Source: Candidatus Limnocylindrales bacterium
GTDB taxonomy: Bacteria; Chloroflexota; Limnocylindria; Limnocylindrales; CSP1-4
DNA: 64,000 bases
NCBI GenBank assembly: GCA_036570185.1
Contig: DATCPH010000015.1
Coordinates: forward strand, 178-64,177
Reading direction: 5' to 3'
The notes under the pieces were generated by a model. It ran no database searches. It had not been told where the DNA came from and saw only the letters and a program-made list of their open reading frames with translations. Below, piece by piece: positions 49,466 to 58,007 of the stretch (its first letter is position 1; every line of letters begins with the position of its first letter). The translations under genes were made by a program, and so were the position numbers.

Positions 49466-50929
49466 ATGTGCGGCGTATTCGGCGTCGTCCTTCCGGCGGG
49501 ATCCGGCACCGAGGCTGCGACGATCGCGTCCTTGGGCCTCTTCGCCCTCCAGCATCGCGGCCAGGAATCAGCCGGTCTCGCGGTCAGCGACGGCGAGCAG
49601 CTGATGCTCTACAAGGACCTCGGCATGATCAGCTCGGTTCTCGACGACCGACGCATCCCGAGCCTTCGCGGTGACCTTGCCATCGCCCACTGCCGCTATT
49701 CGACGACCGGCTCGACGGTCTGGGAGAACGCCCAGCCAACCTTGCGGCTGGGCCCGCGACGGGCTGTCGCCGTCGGCCACAACGGAAATCTCGTCAATAC
49801 GAGGCAACTCCTCGACGAGCTCACTGGAGGCCGCGCTCGCCTCCCGGCGTCGACCGACACGGAGCTCCTGACCGCGCTCCTGGCCGACGAGCCGGGCGCC
49901 GATACCGTCGATGCGCTGATGCGCGTGCTGCCCCGCCTCCACGGCGCGTTCACGCTCGTCGTCCTCGACGAGCGCCGGGTCATCGGCATCCGCGATCCCC
50001 ACGGCTTCCGGCCCCTGGTCCTGGGCCGCCTCCGCGATCCTCAGTCCGCGGCGGATTCCTCCGGGCTGTGGGCGGGTGACGATCCATCGCGGGACGGCTG
50101 GGTGCTCTCGTCGGAGACGACGGGGCTCGACATCATCGGCGCCGAGTTCGTTCGGGACGTGGAGCCTGGTGAGCTCGTGATCCTGGAGCCCGGGCAGGAA
50201 CCGCGATCCGTGCGGTTCGCCCCGGCGTCACCAGCCATGTGTGTCTTCGAGCTGATCTACTTCGCTCGCCCCGATTCGTACATGGAGGGCCGCAACCTTT
50301 ACGAGGCGCGCCGCCAGATGGGGATCCAGCTCGCCGCCGAGCATCCGGCCGCGACGGACATGGTGATGCCGGTCCCGGACACCGGCGCGGCGGCCGCGGC
50401 GGGCTATGCGGAGGCCTCCGGCATCCCGTACCGCGAGGGCCTCGTCCGCAACCGCTACATCGGCCGGACGTTCATCCAGCCATCCCAGACGATGCGGCAG
50501 CGGGGTGTCACGATCAAGCTCAATCCCCTTCGAGAGGTCGTCCGGGGACGGCGACTGACGGTCGTCGACGACTCGATCGTCCGGGGCACGACGACCAAGC
50601 AGATCGTCAGCCTGTTGCGGCGCGCCGGCGCCACCGAGGTCCACGTCCGGATCAGCGCACCGCCGATCTACCATCCCTGCTTCTACGGCATCGACACGCA
50701 GATCGAAACGGAGCTCATCGCCGCGACCAACTCGACCGACGAGATTCGGGAGTTCATCGGCGCCGATTCGCTGGGTTACCTTTCGATCCGGGGCGTGCTC
50801 GCCGCCCTCGACCTCCCCTACGACCAGTTCTGCTTCGCCTGCTTCGACGGTCGCTACCCGGAGCCGGTCCCGTACGATGCAGCGAGCCGCAAGTTCATCC
50901 TCGAAGAGCCGGTCGCGGCTCGCTCCTGA
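49466..50929 (+). CDS. purF: Amidophosphoribosyltransferase
   Basis: The ATG at 49466 gives MCGVFGV (N-terminal nucleophile Cys). LQHRGQESAG, HCRYSTTG, GHNGNLVN, and the PRPP loop VVDDSIVRGTT. The listed 49352 start overlaps purL. Confidence 0.94.
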   Translation: MCGVFGVVLPAGSGTEAATIASLGLFALQHRGQESAGLAVSDGEQLMLYKDLGMISSVLDDRRIPSLRGDLAIAHCRYSTTGSTVWENAQPTLRLGPRRAVAVGHNGNLVNTRQLLDELTGGRARLPASTDTELLTALLADEPGADTVDALMRVLPRLHGAFTLVVLDERRVIGIRDPHGFRPLVLGRLRDPQSAADSSGLWAGDDPSRDGWVLSSETTGLDIIGAEFVRDVEPGELVILEPGQEPRSVRFAPASPAMCVFELIYFARPDSYMEGRNLYEARRQMGIQLAAEHPAATDMVMPVPDTGAAAAAGYAEASGIPYREGLVRNRYIGRTFIQPSQTMRQRGVTIKLNPLREVVRGRRLTVVDDSIVRGTTTKQIVSLLRRAGATEVHVRISAPPIYHPCFYGIDTQIETELIAATNSTDEIREFIGADSLGYLSIRGVLAALDLPYDQFCFACFDGRYPEPVPYDAASRKFILEEPVAARS

Positions 50930-50966
50930 GCGAGCGGGCAGGCGGACCGACCGACCGGCGATTCGC

Positions 50967-52142
50967 GTGACTGCATCGAAAGGCTTGGCTTCGCGCACTG
51001 CGTACGCGCGGGCCGGCGTCAACGTCGCCGCCGGCGATACCGCGGTCGACTTGATGCGCGCTGCGGTCGAATCGACCCGACGTCCCGAGGTCATCGGTGG
51101 GCTGGGTGGCTTCGCCGGCACGATCGCGATCCCTGCCGGCTACCGGGAGCCGCTCCTGGTGGCCTCGACGGACGGCGTGGGGACGAAAACGGCCATTGCG
51201 ATGACCGCCGGCCGGTGGGACACGATCGGGATCGACCTCGTGGCGATGTGTGCCGACGATGTCGTCTGTGCCGGCGCCGAACCGCTGGCGTTTCTGGACT
51301 ACCTCGCCGTCGGCGAGCTCGACCCGGAGGCCGTGGCCGAGATCGTCGGCGGGGTCGCGGCCGGCTGCCGCGAGGCGGGCTGCGCCCTGGTCGGCGGGGA
51401 GACGGCCGAGCACCCCGGGATCATGGCGCCCGAAACGTTCGACCTTGCCGGAACCTGCGTCGGCATCGTCGAGCGTGACCGCCTCCTCGATGGTTCGCAG
51501 GCACGCGACGGCGACGCGATCGTCGGTCTTCTGGCGTCGGGGTTGCACGCCAATGGCTTCTCCCTGATCCGCGCGCTGGTCACGAACTGGGACATCGACC
51601 TGACCGTTCCCTACCAGGAGCAACTCAGCCGGTCGCTCGGGGAGGTCGCCGCCAGCGCGGCGATGGTCGCGGAACCGGAACATGCCCTGGCGACGCTCGG
51701 AGACGTCTTGTTGACTCCGACGCGCATCTACGCCCGGGCCGTCCTTGGCCTGCGCGACGCCCTGACAGGGGAGGGGAGCGAGCTGCGGGGTGTCGCCCAC
51801 ATCACCGGGGGCGGTCTTCCCGGCAACGTTCCTCGCGCGCTCCCCTCGACCCTCGGGGCGCGCGTGGACCCCTCGCGGTGGCGTATGCCATCGGTCATGG
51901 CGCTTTTCGGCGCGCTCGGGGGCATCGAGCCGAGCGAGCTACGGGCGACGTTCAACGGGGGCATCGGGATGGCCGTGTTCGTCCCACCAGAGGTCGTCGA
52001 CCTGACTCGCGGGGCGCTGGCGGCAGCCGGCGTCGAGAGCGTGGTGATCGGCGAGGTGGTCCCGGTTGACGCGCTCGGCGGCCTCCGCTACGTCGAGGCG
52101 ATGCTGGCCGACGGCGGCGGCGGCCCGGGGAGCGCGGCGTGA
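50967..52142 (+). CDS. purM: Phosphoribosylformylglycinamidine cyclo-ligase (AIR synthase)
   Basis: GTG at 50967 (tentative). YARAGVNVAAGD, STDGVGTK, GIDLVAMCADD, FLDYLAVG, LVGGETAEHPG, HSNGFS-like LHANGFSL. Confidence 0.92.
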   Translation: MTASKGLASRTAYARAGVNVAAGDTAVDLMRAAVESTRRPEVIGGLGGFAGTIAIPAGYREPLLVASTDGVGTKTAIAMTAGRWDTIGIDLVAMCADDVVCAGAEPLAFLDYLAVGELDPEAVAEIVGGVAAGCREAGCALVGGETAEHPGIMAPETFDLAGTCVGIVERDRLLDGSQARDGDAIVGLLASGLHANGFSLIRALVTNWDIDLTVPYQEQLSRSLGEVAASAAMVAEPEHALATLGDVLLTPTRIYARAVLGLRDALTGEGSELRGVAHITGGGLPGNVPRALPSTLGARVDPSRWRMPSVMALFGALGGIEPSELRATFNGGIGMAVFVPPEVVDLTRGALAAAGVESVVIGEVVPVDALGGLRYVEAMLADGGGGPGSAA

Positions 52143-54427
52143 TGGACGCGGCGCACCCCGGCGATGGCGCCTCAACCACCCAGCGCGGGCGAATCGCAGT
52201 CGGCGTTTCGGGCGCCGGCTCGAACCTGCGGGCGCTGGCGGCGGCGGCCGATCGAGGCGAGCTGGGCGGCGCGATCGCCCTCGTCTTCGCCGATCGGGAC
52301 TGCCCGGCCCTGGCCTGGGCGCGCGACCAGGCGCTCGTCACGGCGCTGGTGCCGGGCGGAGATGACGCTGCGCTCGCCGAGGCGTTAAGGGCCGCGCGCG
52401 CCGACGTGGTCGTCCTCGCCGGGTACATGCGGGTCGTCGAGCCGGCGACGCTGGCCGCGTTCCGCGGCCGGATCCTGAACACCCATCCCTCGCTCCTGCC
52501 GGCCTTCCCGGGCGCCCGCGCGGTGCGCGACGCGCTCGACCACGGCGTCAAGGTGACGGGCTGCACGGTCCACCTCGTCGACGAGACCCTTGACGGCGGG
52601 CCGATCGTGGCCCAGGAGGCCGTGCCGGTCCTGCCAAGTGACGACGAGGAGACTCTGCACGCCCGGATCCTCGCCGCCGAGCATCAGGTGTTGCCACGGG
52701 TCGTGGCTCTCGTTCTTGCTGGCGCCATGTCGCGGCTCGACGGCCGACACGTCAGTCTCGACTTCGCCGCGGCCGACGATGCGGTCACGGTGCCCCGGCG
52801 CGCGCTCATGTCGGTCTCGAACAAAGCCGGGCTCGTGCCCTTCGCGACGGATCTCGTCCGGCTCGGGTTCGAGCTCGTCTCAACCGGAGGAACGGCACGC
52901 GCGCTGCGTGACGGCGGATTGCCGGTGACGGACGTGGCGGCCGTGACCGGATTTCCGGAAATGCTCGACGGCCGAGTCAAGACACTCCACCCGCGGATCC
53001 ACGGCGGGCTGCTGGCGGACCGCCGCCTGCCCACGCACCGGCAGCAGCTCATGGCCGCAGCAATCGCGCCGTTCGAGCTCGTGGTCTGCAACCTCTATCC
53101 CTTCGCCGCCGCTGCCGATCGACCGGGGATCACGTTCGACGAGCTGGTCGAGGAGATCGACATCGGCGGGCCGTCGATGGTCCGGGCGGCCGCGAAGAAC
53201 CACGCCAACGTCGCGATCGTGACCTCCCCTGCCCGATACGAAGCGGTCCTCGAGGCGCTGGACCGAGAGGGCCATGTCCCAGCCGGCCTGCGTGGTGCCC
53301 TCGCGATCGAGGCCTTCCGGCACACGGCCGCGTACGACGCCCGGATCGCGGCCGAACTGCCCGGTCGGATGGCCGGCGCCGGGGTTCAGCTGCCGGACGA
53401 GCCCGGGCTTCCCGGCGCGACCGATCCGTACCCGTCGCTCTTGACGATCCCGCTCGAGAAGGTCGAGAGCCTGCGGTACGGCGAAAACCCCCACCAGCCG
53501 GCGGCGCGCTATCGACGTCTCGGTCCCGGCTCCGTCGACGGGCCGTTCATCTCCGGAGAGCCGCCGCTCCAGGGCAAGGCGCTCTCCTACAACAACGTCC
53601 TCGACGCCTCGGCCGCCGCGGCGATCGGCCGAGCCCTGCGGGGCCCGGCATGCGTCGTCGTGAAGCACACCAACCCCTGCGGCGCGGCGGAGCGCCCGAC
53701 GCTGCTCGAGGCGTGGCGTGCAGCCCTCGCGTGCGATCCGGTTTCGGCGTTCGGCGGCGTCGTGGCCCTGACCCAGGAGGTGGATGAGCCGGTCGCGCGC
53801 GCCCTCGTGGAGCTCTTCCTCGAGGTCGTGGTTGCTCCCGGCTACGACCCAGCGGCGCGACGCGTCCTCGCGACCAAGCCGAACCTGCGGCTGCTGGTCG
53901 ATCGTGGCCTGGGCGGCGACGCGGGACGCGATGATTCCCCGGCCCCGCCCGATCCCACGGGCGCAATCCGGACCGCCGCCGGCGCGGTCCTGGTGACGAG
54001 CGCCGACATCCTCGCGGACGATCCCACGAGATGGACGCTCGCGAGCCGCCGGTCTCCCACGGACCGCGAGCAGCGGGATCTCGATCTGGCGTGGCGCCTC
54101 GTCCGCGGCGTCACCTCCAACGCGATCGTGCTGGTTCGCGACGGTGCGCTGATCGGCCTCGGGTCGGGGCAGACGTCCCGGGTCGACGCCGCCCGCCAGG
54201 CCGTCGAGAAGGCTCGCGCCATCTCGGGCGCCAAGGCCCTCGAAGGCGCGGCCTGCGCCTCGGATGCTTTCTATCCGTTTCCCGACGGCGTGGAGGTCTG
54301 CTTGGAAGCCGGCGTCAGCGCGTTCGTCCAACCCGGCGGATCCGTCCGCGATGCAGAGGTCATCGGTGGAGTCGACGCGGCCGATGCGGCCATGATGCTC
54401 ACGGGAGTGCGCCACTTCCGCCATTGA
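52139..54427 (+). CDS. purNH: Fusion of GAR transformylase (PurN, N-terminal ~215 aa) and AICAR transformylase/IMP cyclohydrolase (PurH, C-terminal ~530 aa)
   Basis: One uninterrupted 762-codon frame. PurN motifs: [41 protein letters not shown]. Junction: ...[24 protein letters not shown].... PurH motifs: [75 protein letters not shown]. Confidence 0.9.
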   Translation: MMDAAHPGDGASTTQRGRIAVGVSGAGSNLRALAAAADRGELGGAIALVFADRDCPALAWARDQALVTALVPGGDDAALAEALRAARADVVVLAGYMRVVEPATLAAFRGRILNTHPSLLPAFPGARAVRDALDHGVKVTGCTVHLVDETLDGGPIVAQEAVPVLPSDDEETLHARILAAEHQVLPRVVALVLAGAMSRLDGRHVSLDFAAADDAVTVPRRALMSVSNKAGLVPFATDLVRLGFELVSTGGTARALRDGGLPVTDVAAVTGFPEMLDGRVKTLHPRIHGGLLADRRLPTHRQQLMAAAIAPFELVVCNLYPFAAAADRPGITFDELVEEIDIGGPSMVRAAAKNHANVAIVTSPARYEAVLEALDREGHVPAGLRGALAIEAFRHTAAYDARIAAELPGRMAGAGVQLPDEPGLPGATDPYPSLLTIPLEKVESLRYGENPHQPAARYRRLGPGSVDGPFISGEPPLQGKALSYNNVLDASAAAAIGRALRGPACVVVKHTNPCGAAERPTLLEAWRAALACDPVSAFGGVVALTQEVDEPVARALVELFLEVVVAPGYDPAARRVLATKPNLRLLVDRGLGGDAGRDDSPAPPDPTGAIRTAAGAVLVTSADILADDPTRWTLASRRSPTDREQRDLDLAWRLVRGVTSNAIVLVRDGALIGLGSGQTSRVDAARQAVEKARAISGAKALEGAACASDAFYPFPDGVEVCLEAGVSAFVQPGGSVRDAEVIGGVDAADAAMMLTGVRHFRH

Positions 54428-54485
54428 TGAGTTTCGGCGACACTGGCCGGGCGAGCCGCAGGTCAATGGAGCGAGGGAGAAGGCC

Positions 54486-54950
54486 ATGGGAGAGCGACGC
54501 ACCGAGCAAGAGCTGGTCGCGTACTACGCGACGAGTTGCATGGCGGCCGATCTCGACGTGCTCGCGACGCTCCGGCATCGGGACTGGGCGGTCATCTGGC
54601 CCCAATCGGGCGAGCTCGTTCACGGCAACGAGGCCTTCGCCGAGATCATCAAGAACTACCCCGGTGGTGCGCCGCATGCCGAGGTCACCAAGGTAGTGGG
54701 TGCCGAAGACCACTGGGTCGTTACGCCGGGAAACACCGTGCTCAAGGTGGCCGGCAGCGGTGATTTCTGGTGGTCGGAGTGGCGAGTAACGTACAGGGAC
54801 GGCTCCGTCTACCTCTGCGTCGACCTGATCGAACTCCGCGACGACCTGGTCTACCGCGAGACCGTGTACTGGGCGGCACCGTTCGAGGCGCCCGATTGGC
54901 GGGCGCCGTGGGTCGAGCGGACGACCGCCCAGGACGTCGGCGTTCCCTGA
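54486..54950 (+). CDS. Small cytosolic protein, NTF2/SnoaL-like fold (tentative)
   Basis: 154 aa with high GC3. The alpha+beta pattern has a Trp/Tyr-rich C-terminal half ([36 protein letters not shown]), reminiscent of SnoaL-like cone folds. The stop overlaps the next start (TGATG). The fold assignment is unverified. Confidence 0.55.
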   Translation: MGERRTEQELVAYYATSCMAADLDVLATLRHRDWAVIWPQSGELVHGNEAFAEIIKNYPGGAPHAEVTKVVGAEDHWVVTPGNTVLKVAGSGDFWWSEWRVTYRDGSVYLCVDLIELRDDLVYRETVYWAAPFEAPDWRAPWVERTTAQDVGVP

Positions 54951-56527
54951 TGGCGCTCGCGGCCCCACCCCGCGACGTCCTGATCGACGAGGCCCCCCTC
55001 GAGACTGCCGACATCGTCGCGATCGCCCGCGGCGCGAAGGTCGCGTTGGGGCCTACGGCTCGCGGGCGAATCGCGGCCTCTCGCGGCGTCGTCGACCGCC
55101 TCGTGGCCGGCGACACGCTGATCTACGGCCTTAACACCGGCCTCGGTCACAAGCGGAACGAGCGACTCCCGCTCGACATGGTCGAAACGACCCAGGCCGT
55201 CACCGTGCGGCTCCACGCCGGTGGCCTTGGCCCGCCACTTCCAGGCGAGATCGTCCGAGCGGCGATGGCGGTCCGAATCGCAGGGATCGCCCGCGGCGGA
55301 TCCGGCGCGTCGCCGGCCATCGCCGAGACGTACGTCGAGATGCTCAACGCCGGCATCACGCCGGTTGTGCCGCTCGTCGGCTCCGTCGGGGCGTCGGACT
55401 TGATGCACATGGCGGCAATTGCGCTGGTGGCCATGGGCGAGGGGCAGGCCGAGCTGGAAGGCCGCGTCCTACCCGGCGCCGAGGCGCTTGCGGCGGCCGG
55501 GATCGAACCCACCCGGCTTGCTCCAAAGGACGGCCTCACCGTCATCAGCGCCAACGGCGTCTCGATCGGACATGCCGCACTGGTCGTCGATCGCGCCCAG
55601 CGCGTCGCCGATGCCGCGGATCTGGTCGCAGCCGTCTCGCTCGAGGCGATTCGCGGAAACCTCTCCATCGTCGACCCAGTTGTGGCGGCCGCCAAGCCCG
55701 TGGCTGCGCAGGCGCTCGTCGCCGATCGCATCCGGCGCTTCCTTGCGGGAAGTCGGTTGTGCACAGGCACGGAATCCGTCCAGGACCCCCTGTCGTTCCG
55801 GGTGACACCGCAGGTTCACGGCGCCTTCCGTGAGGTCCTTCGCTTTGCGGCCGGTGCGGTGGACAGCGAGCTCGCTGCCATGGACGACAACCCACTCGTC
55901 GCCATCGACGAGGATCGGATGATCAGCAATGGCAACTTCCACCCGATGCTGCTGGCGCTCTCGATCGATGCGCTCCGGCCTGCGCTGACGCACGTCGGCC
56001 AGCTGTCGGATCGTCGCGCAGGGCACATCTGGGACGGCATCGTTGCCGACCCCGAGGTGTTCACGCCCGATGGATTCGAGAAGATCGCGAGTCTCGGGCC
56101 GCCGATGGTCCGCTACGCCGGGGCCGCACAGGCTGCGGAGCTTCGGACGCTCGCGGGGCCGGCGAGCCTCGACGTTGGACCGCTCGACCTCGGCGTCGAG
56201 GACCACGCGACGAACGCGACGCTCGCAGTGCGGCTGACCGACCAGGCGCTCGACCTCGTGGAGGACATCCTTGCGGTCGAGCTCCTGACGGCCGCAGCCA
56301 CCGTTGTCACTGGTGCGGAATCCCGATCCCTGATGGGACCCCGAACCCGAAGCGCCCTCGATCTCGTCGGCGCGACGCTGGCCGGGTTCGAGCGTGGAGC
56401 TCCGAGCGAGAAGATCCACGCCGCGATCCGTGACCTGATCGACGGACCCCTGCTCGAGACTGCCGAGAACGTGGAGATCGTGGGGGAGGGCGAGGCCGCC
56501 GACGAGGCCGAGACCGCCCGTTCGTGA
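54950..56527 (+). CDS. HAL/PAL-family (aromatic amino acid lyase fold) protein with non-canonical Ala-Ser-Asp at the MIO position
   Basis: ATG at 54950. Family motifs: IYGLNTGLG, GSVGAS-DLMHMA (canonical GSxGASGDLAPLAH), KDGLTVISANG, VQDPLSFRVTPQVHG, DDNPLV, ISNGNFHP. Residues 148-150 are A-S-D (nt 55391-55399). Confidence 0.8.
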   Translation: MALAAPPRDVLIDEAPLETADIVAIARGAKVALGPTARGRIAASRGVVDRLVAGDTLIYGLNTGLGHKRNERLPLDMVETTQAVTVRLHAGGLGPPLPGEIVRAAMAVRIAGIARGGSGASPAIAETYVEMLNAGITPVVPLVGSVGASDLMHMAAIALVAMGEGQAELEGRVLPGAEALAAAGIEPTRLAPKDGLTVISANGVSIGHAALVVDRAQRVADAADLVAAVSLEAIRGNLSIVDPVVAAAKPVAAQALVADRIRRFLAGSRLCTGTESVQDPLSFRVTPQVHGAFREVLRFAAGAVDSELAAMDDNPLVAIDEDRMISNGNFHPMLLALSIDALRPALTHVGQLSDRRAGHIWDGIVADPEVFTPDGFEKIASLGPPMVRYAGAAQAAELRTLAGPASLDVGPLDLGVEDHATNATLAVRLTDQALDLVEDILAVELLTAAATVVTGAESRSLMGPRTRSALDLVGATLAGFERGAPSEKIHAAIRDLIDGPLLETAENVEIVGEGEAADEAETARS

Positions 56528-57948
56528 CCGCTCCTTTGCCCGTCGCCGGCTCGTCGCCGGCGCCGGATCGGTCAACCTTGTTGATCGCCGTCGCAGCGCT
56601 CGCGGCGTTCACCGCGAACGTCGACCTCAGCATCGTCAACCTGGCGCTGCCCCTCGTCGGCCACGCCTTCAGGACGACACAGTCGGAGCTCGCCTGGACG
56701 GTCAACGCGTACGTGGTTCCGTATGCCGTCTCGATCCTCGCCGTCGGGCGGCTCGGCGATGGCTTCGGGCATCGGCGCGTCCTGGTCGGCGGCGCGCTGC
56801 TGTTCGCGCTGGGCTCGATCATCTCGGCAGCCGCGCCGGCCTACGCTGTCCTCCTCGCGGGGCGCGTCCTGCAGGGCCTGGGCGGGAGCGCCCTTCTCAC
56901 GATCGGCCTCGCCATCGTGTCGGCGAACTTCGTCGGCCCCGAGCGGGGGCGCGCCCTCGGCCTGTACTTTGCCGCCGGCGCCGGCGCCGCCGTCGTCGGC
57001 CCGATCGTCGGCGGGTTTCTCGCCACGGGCGCCGGTTGGTCGGCGATCTTCTGGGTTCAGATCCCGCTGGCGCTGGTGGTCACGGCCGTCGCCCTCGCCG
57101 TCCTTCCGGCGCGTGCCGGCGGCGTTCGGCGCTCGCTCGACGTCCCCGGTCTCGGGCTCGGCAGCCTGGTCCTGCTCGGGATCAACGTGGCTCTTCTTCA
57201 GGCCAACGCCTGGGGCTGGACCTCGCCCGGCGTCCTGGTCGCATGGGCGACGGCCGCTGTTGCCGTGGTTGCGTTCGTGATCCGAGAGCGGTCCACTCCT
57301 GAGCCGGCGATTCGGTTGGGCGTGTTTCGGAGCCGGATCTACATCGCGTCGGTCCTGGTCGGGGGCGCGGTCTGGTTCGGGATCATCTCCGGATCGGTCC
57401 AGCTGGCGATCTACCTTCAGACAGTCCGCGGACTGAGCCCATTGGGTGCGGCGATCGTCCTGACGCCGTGGCCGCTACTGGCGGCCTTCGTGTTCCCGCG
57501 CGCCAGCCGGATCGTCAACCGGATCGGCGCGGAGCGGACGATGGTCGGCAGCATCGCGCTGACCGCGCTCGCCGCAGTGATGACCATCACCTTCGATCGG
57601 TCGACACCGCTGCCGATCGTCGCTTTCGTGGCCGCGCTCGGGGGCGTGCCCCTCGCCCTCGGCGTCACCGCAAGCACGGTCTGCGCCCTTGCGGAGTTCT
57701 CACCCTCAGAGGCCGGGATCGCATCCGGGGTATTCAACGGCCTCCGCCAGGTCGGGTCGTCTCTCGGCGTGGCCATCCCCGCGGCGGCGTTCGATCTCGC
57801 GCTGGCCGGTTCGATCGGCGGAGCCGACCCGATGGCCGGCTCGACCTGGGCGTTTGCGAGTCGGGCGGTCGTCTTCGGGGTCACGCTCGTTCTGGTGATG
57901 GCGATCCTGCCGCGCCAGCACCGGGTCATCTCGCTCGAGCCTGCCTGA
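56524..57948 (+). CDS. MFS transporter (14-TM DHA2/EmrB-like pattern)
   Basis: The GTG at 56524 overlaps the lyase stop (GTGA). DLSIVNLALP, motif-A-like GRLGDGFGHRRV, and about 14 hydrophobic helices. Confidence 0.85.
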   Translation: MTAPLPVAGSSPAPDRSTLLIAVAALAAFTANVDLSIVNLALPLVGHAFRTTQSELAWTVNAYVVPYAVSILAVGRLGDGFGHRRVLVGGALLFALGSIISAAAPAYAVLLAGRVLQGLGGSALLTIGLAIVSANFVGPERGRALGLYFAAGAGAAVVGPIVGGFLATGAGWSAIFWVQIPLALVVTAVALAVLPARAGGVRRSLDVPGLGLGSLVLLGINVALLQANAWGWTSPGVLVAWATAAVAVVAFVIRERSTPEPAIRLGVFRSRIYIASVLVGGAVWFGIISGSVQLAIYLQTVRGLSPLGAAIVLTPWPLLAAFVFPRASRIVNRIGAERTMVGSIALTALAAVMTITFDRSTPLPIVAFVAALGGVPLALGVTASTVCALAEFSPSEAGIASGVFNGLRQVGSSLGVAIPAAAFDLALAGSIGGADPMAGSTWAFASRAVVFGVTLVLVMAILPRQHRVISLEPA

Positions 57949-57961
57949 GGAACCTCGAGCC

Positions 57962-57992
57962 GCAGCGGCCCCGAGCGGCTCCGCGCCGCTGC
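57962..57992 (+). terminator. Inverted repeat after the MFS gene (possible terminator, no U-tract)
   Basis: gcagcggc-N15-gccgctgc: an 8-bp perfect stem between the MFS stop (57948) and the metG ATG (58008). Confidence 0.25.
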
Positions 57993-58007
57993 TACCATCG
58001 CCCTTCC

